Source of the DNA: a virus
Lineage: Duplodnaviria > Caudoviricetes
Length of the DNA stretch: 30,644 nt
Strand: one strand, 5' to 3'
Virus record (IMG/VR): IMGVR_UViG_3300020045_018668
Location: 1-30,644 of that record
Shown in pieces: positions 18,454 to 27,121 of the stretch. Both the position numbers and the translations under genes were made by a program. The notes beneath the pieces are model-generated. The model did not search any database and was not told the origin of the DNA. It saw only the letters and a list, made by a program, of their open reading frames with translations. How positions within the stretch are numbered: the stretch's first letter is position 1; each line of letters opens with the position of its first letter.

Positions 18454-18897
18454 TTATTCGATGTCGTCGCCGGAAATTTTACCTTCAATCCGCCCGAGCG
18501 CCCGGCTGATGGCGTCAAACTTCTCGGCCATCTCGCGCCGGATCTCCTTATCCTCCTGTCGAAGCGTATTCCACAGGCTAGAAATCTCCTTGTCGCAAAT
18601 GTCCAGCCGCCGGCCGTGTTCATCGTGTTTTTCGTTGAGCTCGCGAACGGTGGCACTGGGGAAAACCTTTTGCACCGGCAGCGGGTTCGGCTCAATGACC
18701 GTGGTGTTGGGCTGGCCGGCCTGCAACTCTTCGCGCCGGGCGCGGCGGCGATCCAAGAGATATTGCATTGCGGCAAAAACAGCGCCCACCACCAGCGCCA
18801 TGACCATGATGGCCGCCACGGTGAATATTATGACATCTTTCAGGAAGTTCGCGGTCAGGCCCGAGATGTCGGCTTGCGCCAGGAAGTGGGGAATCAT
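18454..18897 (-). CDS. Single-TM coiled-coil protein (Mu gp25/DUF2730 position)
   Basis: TM helix at residues ~21-45 followed by coiled coil ending ALGRIEGKI. Confidence 0.7.
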   Translation of the reverse strand: MIPHFLAQADISGLTANFLKDVIIFTVAAIMVMALVVGAVFAAMQYLLDRRRARREELQAGQPNTTVIEPNPLPVQKVFPSATVRELNEKHDEHGRRLDICDKEISSLWNTLRQEDKEIRREMAEKFDAISRALGRIEGKISGDDIE

Positions 18898-18901
18898 GAT
18901 T

Positions 18902-19042
18902 TTAGTGCGGTAAAGCGATGGGCGGCGGCGGCGGCAGCGGCGTGAGGCGTTTAATGCGCCGATAATTCCGGGGTGAGCCGCGCTTGACGCGGTGCTCGCT
19001 CAAATCCCGGACGGCTTGCAAGGTGGCTTCGTAATTTTTCAC
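18902..19042 (-). CDS. Small basic Pro-rich protein (46 aa)
   Basis: GTGA overlap with the lipase stop; MKNYEATLQAVRDL...PLPPPPPIALPH ends 4 bp before the next start. Confidence 0.45.
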   Translation of the reverse strand: MKNYEATLQAVRDLSEHRVKRGSPRNYRRIKRLTPLPPPPPIALPH

Positions 19043-19770
19043 GCCAATCCTTTCAGCCGTTCCTGGTATTCGGCCAGGAAGTGATTCGAGAGAAACGCCA
19101 GCTCATGTTCCCGCCAACTGCGCCAGAATCCAAAAACATCGGCGAACAGGGCCGCGCCGATGAAGGGATTCACCTGCATCGTGCCGTTACGTTTGAGAAA
19201 AATCTCCGTGCCGCAATCCCGGTAGCCCATAAGCAACGTCGGCACCAGGGGAACGGGATCGCCCTCATTGGCCACGGCAAAGGTGCGGTCGCCCAGGGCG
19301 ACATTGTAAAGTTGGGCGAAGCATTTGTTGCCCACGCGTGGCTGGCCGAACGTATAGACTTGCTCCACATTGAAGCCCATGCGCTGCAATTCCAGCGCGG
19401 CTAGAATGGCCAGCGCCCCGCCGAGCGAATGGCCGGTGACCACCAGCGGCCGATTTTTGTAGCCGCCCAGAATCCGGATCAGATCGCCCAGGATACTTTC
19501 GGCGCCATCCAGAAACCCATGATGCACTTCGCATTGGTCGCCATTGGCTTCTTCCACGAGGAGCCGCTTGGTGCATTGGACATCGGTCAGCCAATCACGC
19601 AGATTGGTGGTGCCCCGGAACGACACCAGAACGGTCGCACCTGGATCAATAACCACTTGGGTGTCCGTGGTGGCATTGGCCAACGTGGGTGCGGCGCGAT
19701 ACGCCATGGCGGAAGCCCGGGCGCAGGCATTGGCATTGCCCAGATCAAATTTTGTGGCGCTTGGATTCAT
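19039..19770 (-). CDS. Class 3 lipase (alpha/beta hydrolase)
   Basis: SFRGT, DW.TD, VH.GF, TGHSLGGALA, YTFGQPRVG, D.VP.VP and terminal His. Confidence 0.92.
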   Translation of the reverse strand: MNPSATKFDLGNANACARASAMAYRAAPTLANATTDTQVVIDPGATVLVSFRGTTNLRDWLTDVQCTKRLLVEEANGDQCEVHHGFLDGAESILGDLIRILGGYKNRPLVVTGHSLGGALAILAALELQRMGFNVEQVYTFGQPRVGNKCFAQLYNVALGDRTFAVANEGDPVPLVPTLLMGYRDCGTEIFLKRNGTMQVNPFIGAALFADVFGFWRSWREHELAFLSNHFLAEYQERLKGLA

Positions 19771-19864
19771 GGCGGGGACGCAGTTCCAGGACGATCCTCA
19801 CCGTAGCCGCCAGACAAAGCAGGCTGGCGGAAAAGCACAGGCTGCTGAGGGCGTAGGTGAGCAT
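19745..19864 (-). CDS. Small single-TM peptide (39 aa), holin-like candidate
   Basis: MLTYALSSLCFSASLLCLAATVRIVLELRPRHESKRHKI: hydrophobic helix with basic tail; overlaps the lipase start. Confidence 0.5.
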   Translation of the reverse strand: MLTYALSSLCFSASLLCLAATVRIVLELRPRHESKRHKI

Positions 19865-19892
19865 CGGGATTTACGATTTACGATTTGCGCTC

Positions 19893-20243
19893 TCACGGTT
19901 TCAAACCGGCGGCGGCGGCGGTGCCGGCGGCCGTGCCCAGACTGCTGATGGCTTTGGAGACGGTCTCGCCCGTGGCAGTGATAAGCTTGGCTTGCGCCTC
20001 GCCCGTCGTGGTGATGACATCGGGATTCATCACGGTGGTCAGGGAATCAAACGTCACAATCTGGGTGCCGTTGGTGGTGACTTCGGCGCGGAAATTGTGG
20101 ATGGTGGTGTCTTTGGGGTTGGACAGGGTAACCGCATGGGTGGCGGGGTCCACATTCAGGGAGAGAACGGGCACGGAATCGCGCATCGTTCCGCACCCGG
20201 TGAGACCGATGATCAGAAGACCGAACAGCATGGATAGTTTCAT
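19893..20243 (-). CDS. Lipoprotein, first gene of the late/lysis operon
   Basis: Start reassigned to ATG 20243; lipobox MKLSMLFGLLIIGLTG|C; Ala/Gly-rich C-terminus. Confidence 0.8.
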   Translation of the reverse strand: MKLSMLFGLLIIGLTGCGTMRDSVPVLSLNVDPATHAVTLSNPKDTTIHNFRAEVTTNGTQIVTFDSLTTVMNPDVITTTGEAQAKLITATGETVSKAISSLGTAAGTAAAAGLKP

Positions 20244-20308
20244 GGATGTCTTTCGTTTTATGGGTTGAACCGTAACGAGCGACAGCCTGACAGAACCAGC
20301 GGAAGAGT

Positions 20309-20465
20309 TAAGCGCACCCCGCCCAAAGTGCGTAAAGTGCGCGGAATTTATGGGGTAGAAGCGGAACTGAAGCCGGGCCAATCTAACCACAAAGCCACCA
20401 AGGCACCAAGAAAAATCAAACACCCAACTCAAAAGCCAGACTTGAAACTTGAGACCTGAAATTTA
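20309..20465 (-). promoter_or_regulatory. Duplicated ~150 bp late regulatory element, copy 2 (upstream of lysis/packaging operon)
   Basis: Imperfect direct repeat of 12555-12705. Confidence 0.7.
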
Positions 20466-20651
20466 TCGGAAGCGCCGGAAAGCCCAGGCGAAGACGAGCC
20501 AACCGACCGGCACGCCGACGGCCGGGGTGATGCTCCCTTTTATGAACTTCCCGACTGATGAGCGGCTTTTGTTAATTCTACGAGCGGTCTCAGCCTGACT
20601 CCAGCCGGACGCCTCAAACAGGGCAATAAATTCAATGTTTTCTGGCCTCAT
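20463..20651 (-). CDS. XRE-family HTH repressor, short, with hydrophobic tail (possibly a deletion fusion)
   Basis: SGWSQAETARRINKSRSSVGKFIKG..TP HTH; divergent from the Ner-like gene. Confidence 0.75.
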   Translation of the reverse strand: MRPENIEFIALFEASGWSQAETARRINKSRSSVGKFIKGSITPAVGVPVGWLVFAWAFRRFR

Positions 20652-20663
20652 AAAAAAAGTTGC

Positions 20664-20711
20664 CTAAATCTACATTTAGATGTTGACTAAGTCCGCTACA
20701 CTGTGTAGCGT
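20664..20711 (+). promoter_or_regulatory. Early sigma70 promoter with overlapping operators
   Basis: TTGACT (20683)-17 bp-TAGCGT (20706); palindromes CGCTACAC-T-GTGTAGCG (20694-20710) and CTAAAT-N4-ATTTAG (20664-20679). Confidence 0.75.
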
Positions 20712-20720
20712 TAAGCAACA

Positions 20721-20927
20721 ATGAATCGGACAGCGCGAAAAGTCAACACGGAAAATCTCCAGCAGCTCGCTTGGAAAAGTAATTACCGAGGCGTAGCCGG
20801 TTTGGCTCGGGCGCTCGGGCGCCACCGCACCACCGTCCATCGGGCGGTTAAAAATCCCGGAAAGTTTCGCGAGACCTATTCTCGAATTGAAAAAGCCATT
20901 TATGACCATCAATCCAAAACACCTTGA
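20721..20927 (+). CDS. Ner/Cro-like HTH regulator
   Basis: GVAGLARALGRHRTTVHRAV HTH; first early gene. Confidence 0.75.
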   Translation: MNRTARKVNTENLQQLAWKSNYRGVAGLARALGRHRTTVHRAVKNPGKFRETYSRIEKAIYDHQSKTP

Positions 20928-21123
20928 CCGCTTTGTCGCGCGCTTCATTTCGCGCCTGCCAGACTCCTTTAGTTCTCGGAAGGAGGATCTCGTCACCCTG
21001 CTTTGCTTGTTGCCAAAACATTACCCGCGCCGGGACGACATTAAAATCATGTTGGAAACGATGCGTGCGCATGAGATCGAGCAAATGAAATTCCAGGAGT
21101 TGATCAAATCGGAGGCCGTATGA
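20902..21123 (+). CDS. Hypothetical protein
   Basis: ATG 20902, 73 aa, overlaps its neighbours. Confidence 0.6.
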   Translation: MTINPKHLDRFVARFISRLPDSFSSRKEDLVTLLCLLPKHYPRRDDIKIMLETMRAHEIEQMKFQELIKSEAV

Positions 21124-21233
21124 GCTTTAAAACTCACCTGGAACGCATCCTTAAAAACAACCGCGCCAGCATGCGCGACTGCGCGCTGAACTATCGCCGC
21201 GAAATCAACAAAGGGTATCTGGAGGCCGCATGA
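21120..21233 (+). CDS. Hypothetical protein (37 aa)
   Basis: GGAGG SD; ATGA overlaps at both ends. Confidence 0.55.
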   Translation: MSFKTHLERILKNNRASMRDCALNYRREINKGYLEAA

Positions 21234-21424
21234 CCAAGCTCACCTATTTGCTCGATGTCGCTGCGGCCACCACGGCGGGTGAGTTGCATGATCTGCGCAC
21301 CCTGGCGGCGACGGATGCCGACCTCACGCCACGGGAACGGGCGGAGATCAATGACCGGATCGGCGTCACCTTCGGCCGGTGGAACCACCAAGCCAACCCT
21401 AACTCCCAGCGGCGCTGGAAATAA
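21230..21424 (+). CDS. Hypothetical protein
   Basis: GGAGG SD, ATGA overlap, 64 aa. Confidence 0.6.
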   Translation: MTKLTYLLDVAAATTAGELHDLRTLAATDADLTPRERAEINDRIGVTFGRWNHQANPNSQRRWK

Positions 21425-21610
21425 CCACCAAGGCACCAAGGCACCAAGCCACCATGAAAACCATCGTCATCCTCACCTATATCGGACTCGTTCTGCTGAT
21501 CTGCACCGTGGGCTTTATCGGCGCCGTGCTGGGCCTGATCACCGTGGACCGCTGGGCGGCCCGCCAACTGACGGATGAACAAACCGAGGCTTAACCACCA
21601 AGGCACCAAG
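21422..21610 (+). repeat. Identical 19 bp direct repeats TAACCACCAAGGCACCAAG (21422-21440, 21592-21610)
   Basis: Exact match; related copies at ~12631 and ~20384. Confidence 0.85.
21454..21594 (+). CDS. Small membrane protein (46 aa)
   Basis: MKTIVILTYIGLVLLICTVGFIGAVLGLITVDRW...; lies between the 19 bp repeats. Confidence 0.65.
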   Translation: MKTIVILTYIGLVLLICTVGFIGAVLGLITVDRWAARQLTDEQTEA

Positions 21611-21614
21611 ATTT

Positions 21615-22391
21615 ATGACAAACAAACTCCAAACCCTACAAAAAATCAGCCATTTACCCGCCAAACTAGATATGGGTCATCAAATACGAAGCAGCTTCGT
21701 ATTTGCCCGTGAGGTCTGTTTAGCCGCCCTAAAGCATGTTGACGCCAGTCGCCAGCAGTGCGTGCAGGCAGGGCAAGTTTTACGTGAATTAAAAGCCAAT
21801 AAAACCGTTTGCGAGCATGGGGATTTTCTCGAATTGGTCGATCAATATATTCCTGAAATTTCAATTCGCACGGCGCAAACCTGGATGCGCGCCGCTGAGT
21901 CCGTAACCAAGGCGCTGAACCTGCCGGATGTGATCGAGATTGACGCGGTGGTGACGCCGCTCTCGGAGATCATCGGCGCGGACCGCACCAAGCTTTCCAA
22001 ACAAGGTGCGGCGCTGGCCCAGCAGTGGTTCAATTTCACGGAAGGAAAAACGATCAAGGATTGCATCGCGGGCGTGGTGGTGGATGGGGACGATGCGCAT
22101 CGGATTGACCGGGCGATCAATGGTAAGACCAAGGGCGGCGCGGGCGGCGACCGCAAGGATTTCCCCACCTTCGTAGCGCGGCATCTGCGGGCCATTTCTT
22201 CCATGCTCCTGGTCCGTAAGGCGGGCCGGCCGGTGAAGGAACGCGCCCTGGCGGCGGATCAGCGCACGGCCATTGCCGCGTCGTTCAACGGCACCTTCAA
22301 GCAAATGCCCCGCTGGGTTTTGGAGAATGCCAAGGAAACCATCGCCCAGGAATTGAAACTTTCGGAATCGGAACGGGCCGCGCGCCAATAA
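21615..22391 (+). CDS. DUF3102-like early protein
   Basis: AG..L.ELK....EHGDF........IS.RTAQ.WMR.A motif. Confidence 0.7.
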   Translation: MTNKLQTLQKISHLPAKLDMGHQIRSSFVFAREVCLAALKHVDASRQQCVQAGQVLRELKANKTVCEHGDFLELVDQYIPEISIRTAQTWMRAAESVTKALNLPDVIEIDAVVTPLSEIIGADRTKLSKQGAALAQQWFNFTEGKTIKDCIAGVVVDGDDAHRIDRAINGKTKGGAGGDRKDFPTFVARHLRAISSMLLVRKAGRPVKERALAADQRTAIAASFNGTFKQMPRWVLENAKETIAQELKLSESERAARQ

Positions 22392-22419
22392 ATAAAAACC
22401 AACGCGCGTCGCCAAAACC

Positions 22420-24675
22420 ATGAACGAAGACAATAACAGACTTTCCGAACCGGCTGACTTGCGGGAAAACCCTGCCAGCGGCGCGAAGACACCCGCAATG
22501 AATCGTTGCGATGCGTGGCCGGTTCGGATTCCTTTTGGTGGCCGGCCACAGGGCCTTGAAATAGAACCGGAGGCGAACTCCGGCGAGTTGGCGCGGACTT
22601 TATTGGATTTGGCCGCGCCGGTCTTCATTGAACATCAAGCCCCGAATGGGGCGGCCACCATTCCCGCTTACCCCCAAGACGCTACGGCCGGCGACGACAA
22701 TGCTGCGGCGTCCGCTTCTCAGTTCACGGCGGCAGCGTCGCCGCTGCCGGCCGTTACTTTCACGGGTGCCGCCCGTCGCGCCACCGCCACCGAGGCGGAA
22801 CTGGTGGAGGCCAATCAGAAAAAAGCGATTTGCGAAAAGTTTTTGGAACTCACTAAATCCGGCTACTCGTTAAACCAGGCGGCCACGGCCTGCGGCAAAA
22901 GCCCGAGTTGGTTCAGCGGGTCCGCTTCCATGCTGGCGCGGTATCAGCGCGACGGCCTCGCGGGCCTGCTGCCGCAGCGCAGCGCCACCACCTCGGTTGG
23001 AGAGCTCACCGCGCAGATCGAAGCGCTTACCTGGTTCCTACCGGCCGCGCAGTTTTTCTATCTCATCACAAATCGCACCAATGTTTCCGGTTCGGTGCCG
23101 GAGGCCATCCGGCGCGTGATCTCGCTGCCCAATCTGCCGGTGGGCTGGACCAACACGGTCAAAGCGCGTTTCCTGAAAAAACTCGGCCTCTCCCTGGTGC
23201 CCACCTGCCCGGATGTTTTGCGCGAGGAAATTCTGGCGCGGCAAAAGGCCGGCCAGCCCTTGGTGCCAGACCGGATCAGCAAAGCCATTACGCGCGCCGT
23301 GACCAGCGCGGTGGTGGAACAATATCGCCGTCCGCATGAGACGGGCCTGAACTATCTGCAATGCCCCGGAACGATGATGATCTCCCGCCGCAACGGGCTT
23401 CAGGAATTTATCCGGGCGGGCGACATCCTCGAAGCCGATGACGGCAGCATTAATTTCCCGGTGTGCATTCCGTGGACGTCACCCAATGGCGGCTTGATTA
23501 CCGAGACGCCTTGCAGCGCCAACTATGGCGTGATCATTGGTCGGTTCCAATGGCTGCGCACGATTGACGCGGCCACGCGGTTCCGCCCAGGCTGGGTGTT
23601 TGTGGCCCGCCAGCGCGGCGGCTATCGCGGCGCGGACGTGCTCACGCTGATGCACGGCATCACCAAACAGCATGGCGCCTGGGAGGAATATCGGTTTGAG
23701 CGCGGCGTCTTCAAAAGCAACCTGGTCAAGCAGACGGTCAAGCTGCTCGGCTCGCGCCTGCACACGGTCATTTCGCCGCACTCAAAGCCGTTTATCGAAG
23801 GTGGCTTCAATCAGGATTGGACGAAACTCTCAGTGCATTTTCCCCAATGCGACATTGGCCGGTATCGCGGCGACACGGAAGAAGCCAACAAGCTGGTGCA
23901 GAGTTGCCGCACCGGGGCCAAAGACCCGCGCAAATATTTCCCGATGCTGGCGGACGCCTTGCAGGCGTTTGCACAAATCACCGAGGAAGAGAATCGCACG
24001 CTGGTGAAAAGCCGGAACTCCGGCCAGTGGGTGCCTGAAGAAAAATGGGCGCGCGAGACGCGGGATAATCCGCTGCGCCAGATTGAATCCGCGATGGCCT
24101 TCATGTTCGCGCCCTACGCGCTGGAATGGACGGTCAAGGGCATGTTGGTGGGCGGGCGCGTTCCGCTGTTTGAGGATATGAGCGTGCCGTTTGATTTCTC
24201 TGCGCCGTATTTGCAGGAGTTCAACGGCGCCCGCGTGCGGCTGCACTTTGACCCCACGGCGCATAAATGTTTTGCCACCCCGGTGCTGATGCAGGATTGG
24301 AACGGCCACCGCGCCGGCGAGGTGTTGGGGCAACTTCAGCAGGTGAATGAGACCACCGGCTACATCCGCATGATCCTGGGCTGGGGTGATGATGCCGGAA
24401 CGATTGGCCTCAAGGCCAAACAACAGGCGGCGGTGGCCATGCGCCGGGAAGTGCGCACGGTGATGCCCGGCGGCCGCAGCGGCTACACCCGCAGTGAGGT
24501 GAAGGCGCTGGATCAGACGGGCATTGTGGAACGCGGCGCACGGCTGGAAGCTGGAGTTCCAGCTTCAGCTTGTTCCCCCAAGCGCGAACCCCAGCCAGAT
24601 CGCGCCACGGAACGCGCGGCCAAGCGCGAAGAGCTCGCAAAATTTGAACGGGAGAATCAACACCTGTTCGTTTAA
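22420..24675 (+). CDS. MuA-like DDE transposase
   Basis: HTH (YSLNQAATACGKSPSW), ILEADD, ID.ATR, FERG, SKPFIEGGFN; followed by an AAA ATPase. Confidence 0.85.
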   Translation: MNEDNNRLSEPADLRENPASGAKTPAMNRCDAWPVRIPFGGRPQGLEIEPEANSGELARTLLDLAAPVFIEHQAPNGAATIPAYPQDATAGDDNAAASASQFTAAASPLPAVTFTGAARRATATEAELVEANQKKAICEKFLELTKSGYSLNQAATACGKSPSWFSGSASMLARYQRDGLAGLLPQRSATTSVGELTAQIEALTWFLPAAQFFYLITNRTNVSGSVPEAIRRVISLPNLPVGWTNTVKARFLKKLGLSLVPTCPDVLREEILARQKAGQPLVPDRISKAITRAVTSAVVEQYRRPHETGLNYLQCPGTMMISRRNGLQEFIRAGDILEADDGSINFPVCIPWTSPNGGLITETPCSANYGVIIGRFQWLRTIDAATRFRPGWVFVARQRGGYRGADVLTLMHGITKQHGAWEEYRFERGVFKSNLVKQTVKLLGSRLHTVISPHSKPFIEGGFNQDWTKLSVHFPQCDIGRYRGDTEEANKLVQSCRTGAKDPRKYFPMLADALQAFAQITEEENRTLVKSRNSGQWVPEEKWARETRDNPLRQIESAMAFMFAPYALEWTVKGMLVGGRVPLFEDMSVPFDFSAPYLQEFNGARVRLHFDPTAHKCFATPVLMQDWNGHRAGEVLGQLQQVNETTGYIRMILGWGDDAGTIGLKAKQQAAVAMRREVRTVMPGGRSGYTRSEVKALDQTGIVERGARLEAGVPASACSPKREPQPDRATERAAKREELAKFERENQHLFV

Positions 24676-24692
24676 CCAACAAAAAATGCACC

Positions 24693-24902
24693 ATGAGAAT
24701 CGTATCTCCAACCCCTGAAGCGTCCCTGTCGGCCATCCGGCTCCTGAGCGAGACCGCCATCAATAATCCACCGCGCAAGAATCTGTTCACGGGTTTAATC
24801 CCGGTGGCGGCGCCGCGCGCCAGCCTGAATGAATTGCCGCCGCTGGTGGATTCCCCGCCCGAAAAATGCACCGCCCGCCGGAGGCTGTTGTTCGCCGTTT
24901 AA
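24693..24902 (+). CDS. Hypothetical protein
   Basis: 69 aa ORF filling the A-B gap, with AC-rich leader. Confidence 0.35.
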   Translation: MRIVSPTPEASLSAIRLLSETAINNPPRKNLFTGLIPVAAPRASLNELPPLVDSPPEKCTARRRLLFAV

Positions 24903-24925
24903 CGTAACCTTCACCCCCTCTAAAT

Positions 24926-25963
24926 ATGCACCAAGAAAAAATCCTCCGGCTGCGCGCCCTGGCGCGGGCCGTGCAAGACTACCAACTCGAACGCGGCCTC
25001 TCGGATAGCAAGCTATGCACCAAGGTCTCGCAGGTGGGATCCACCAAGACTTACAAGCGCATCCTAGCGGACGGCGACAGGCTGGAGGAGCTCAATGTTG
25101 ACAAGCAACTCACAAACTATGAGGCGGCGGTGGAGTTCATCAAGATTCTCCGCGCCTCGGAACGCCCGCCGGAGCCGGAGTATGACGACTTTGCCAACAT
25201 TGAAGATTCCGTAACCGCCGTGGCCCGTGCCATGGCGGAGGAAACCATCGCCCGCTTCATCGTGATCGAAGGCGAGAACGGCACGGGCAAGGACGCGGTC
25301 CAGAACGCGCTGATCAAGAAATGGCCCAACATCATTCTCCAGGTGGAAGCGACCGAACTCTGGCGCGAATCCATGGCGGTGCCGCTGGCGGACATTCTCA
25401 ATGCGCTCTCGCTCCGCCGCCAGCGCGATGGGGAAGGCGAAAAATTCGTGGTGCCTTCGCAGCCGCTCGGCCGGCTGGCGCTGATCCTGGAGGAATTGAA
25501 GAAGCGCAAACTGATCCTGATCGTGAACGAAGGCCACCACATGGGGCCGCGGGCGCTGAACATGATCAAGACGCTGATCAATCAGACGCCGGTGGTGCCG
25601 GTGATGATGTGCGTGCCAAAACTGCTGGCCCGCCTGGTGAGCGGCAATTACGAGGAAGCCATTCAACTGTTTGGAAATCGGCTGTGCGAGCGCGTGCGCC
25701 TGAGCAGTCCGCAACCGGATGAGATCGGGCTGATGTTGGACCGGCGCGGCGTGCGGTTTGATACCGATCTAACCCGCATGTCCGCCGCCAATACGCTGGC
25801 GGCTGAGGCCCCGCAGTTTGGCAATTGGCGGTATGTGACCCAGGTCTGCCGCGAGGCGCATACCGCCAGCAAAGAGCGGCCGCTGAACGCCCAACAGTTC
25901 GCTGCGGCCAAGGGTATCGCCGAGAAACGCCGCATCATGCGCCAAAAAACGAACTCGAATTGA
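24926..25963 (+). CDS. MuB-like AAA+ transposition ATPase
   Basis: N-terminal HTH, GENGTGKD Walker A, LILIVNEGH Walker B, QL..R arginine finger. Confidence 0.85.
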   Translation: MHQEKILRLRALARAVQDYQLERGLSDSKLCTKVSQVGSTKTYKRILADGDRLEELNVDKQLTNYEAAVEFIKILRASERPPEPEYDDFANIEDSVTAVARAMAEETIARFIVIEGENGTGKDAVQNALIKKWPNIILQVEATELWRESMAVPLADILNALSLRRQRDGEGEKFVVPSQPLGRLALILEELKKRKLILIVNEGHHMGPRALNMIKTLINQTPVVPVMMCVPKLLARLVSGNYEEAIQLFGNRLCERVRLSSPQPDEIGLMLDRRGVRFDTDLTRMSAANTLAAEAPQFGNWRYVTQVCREAHTASKERPLNAQQFAAAKGIAEKRRIMRQKTNSN

Positions 25964-25966
25964 GTC

Positions 25967-26167
25967 ATGCCCTTTAAAGACAAAGAAAAAATGCGGGCCT
26001 ATCAACACGTGGGCGACGCCCGGAAAAGCCCGCCGCGTCGGTTTATCTATCGCGGCTTGGCGGAGCGGGAAAATGTGTTTCGCGCGGCGGTCGCCTACCG
26101 GGCGCGGCTGGCCGGCGAGGATCCCGCGCAACTACTCAAACAAGCCCAGGAGGTGCTCTGTGTCTAA
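25967..26167 (+). CDS. Hypothetical protein
   Basis: 66 aa, operon packing. Confidence 0.6.
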   Translation: MPFKDKEKMRAYQHVGDARKSPPRRFIYRGLAERENVFRAAVAYRARLAGEDPAQLLKQAQEVLCV

Positions 26168-26363
26168 GCTCCCGTTCAAACAAATGGAGGTGTGCGACGT
26201 CTTCTCGCCGGAAATCAAGGCCGTGTTTGAGCGGCCCCGCGAGGATAACGAGACCATCATCATTCGCACCGAATCGCCGGGCGATTTCCACCTGGACGCC
26301 GGCACGCTCAAGGTGATCGCGGACGTTTTGCAATTTTCCCCATCAACCAAAACCATTCAATGA
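26160..26363 (+). CDS. Hypothetical protein
   Basis: GTG start after AGGAGG; overlaps both neighbours. Confidence 0.55.
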   Translation: MSKLPFKQMEVCDVFSPEIKAVFERPREDNETIIIRTESPGDFHLDAGTLKVIADVLQFSPSTKTIQ

Positions 26364-26566
26364 AAAACCTCCTCGTTAAAATCTGGCGCAAAGCCAAAAA
26401 CAGCCGCGTGCAATTCACGGATAAAACGATTTATCAGACCATGCCCAATGGTGAAGTGCGGCGGATCTCGCCCAGCCGGCCGTGGGCCGGCAAATCTGAG
26501 CGGCGCGAGGTGATCAAGAATCGCCGCGAAGATCGGCAATTGGCAATCGTAAATCGGCAATCGTAA
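26360..26566 (+). CDS. Hypothetical basic protein
   Basis: 68 aa, ATGA overlap. Confidence 0.55.
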   Translation: MKNLLVKIWRKAKNSRVQFTDKTIYQTMPNGEVRRISPSRPWAGKSERREVIKNRREDRQLAIVNRQS

Positions 26567-26572
26567 ATTCCC

Positions 26573-27094
26573 ATGTCTGCCCCGCTTACCAACGATCAAA
26601 AGCGCTACCTCTCGCAACTGGCGAGCCGGGCGTTCCGGCGCCAGAGCGCCCTGGCGCGGGGCCGGGGCGCGGCGCTGGCCGACGGCGCTTATGAAGGACT
26701 GGCCGCGAGCGCCGCCGAGGCGAAATTTCGCCATGCCGAGGTGGCGGCGGCCACCGGAAAGGTGGGGCTGCGGTGCTGCTCGCAGGATGATTACAAACTG
26801 GCGGAAGGCCATTTTCTGGAATTGCTCGGCCAGCCAGGCGCGGCCTTAAAGGCTCAGGTGAAAGCCGCCACAGAAACTCGCCGGCTGATCGAATACAAGA
26901 TCACCGAGGCGTGCCGCGAGTTTGGATTCCATCTGAGTTATGCCGCCAAGATTTGCGCCAGCCAGAATCACGGCCGCGGGCTGGACGACGTGGAAGAAAA
27001 GCAACTCTGGCATATTTTTTACACCATCCGTAACCGCGGCAACGCCCGCAAGCGCACGGCCCTGAAAACCGAGGAAGAACTTTGTCCGATTTGA
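26573..27094 (+). CDS. Early protein, possibly GemA (Mu gp16)-like
   Basis: 173 aa; C-terminal YA..IC....G..LD.....QL..I resembles the GemA C-terminus; position fits. Confidence 0.5.
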   Translation: MSAPLTNDQKRYLSQLASRAFRRQSALARGRGAALADGAYEGLAASAAEAKFRHAEVAAATGKVGLRCCSQDDYKLAEGHFLELLGQPGAALKAQVKAATETRRLIEYKITEACREFGFHLSYAAKICASQNHGRGLDDVEEKQLWHIFYTIRNRGNARKRTALKTEEELCPI

Positions 27095-27121
27095 CCCGAT
27101 AAACATCAACAACCCAAATAA

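Noticed and set aside
24543-24569. Hairpin AAGCTGGA-GT-TCCAGCTT near the transposase 3' end
   Set aside because: Single short in-frame palindrome with no U-tract and no attC boxes; function unsupported
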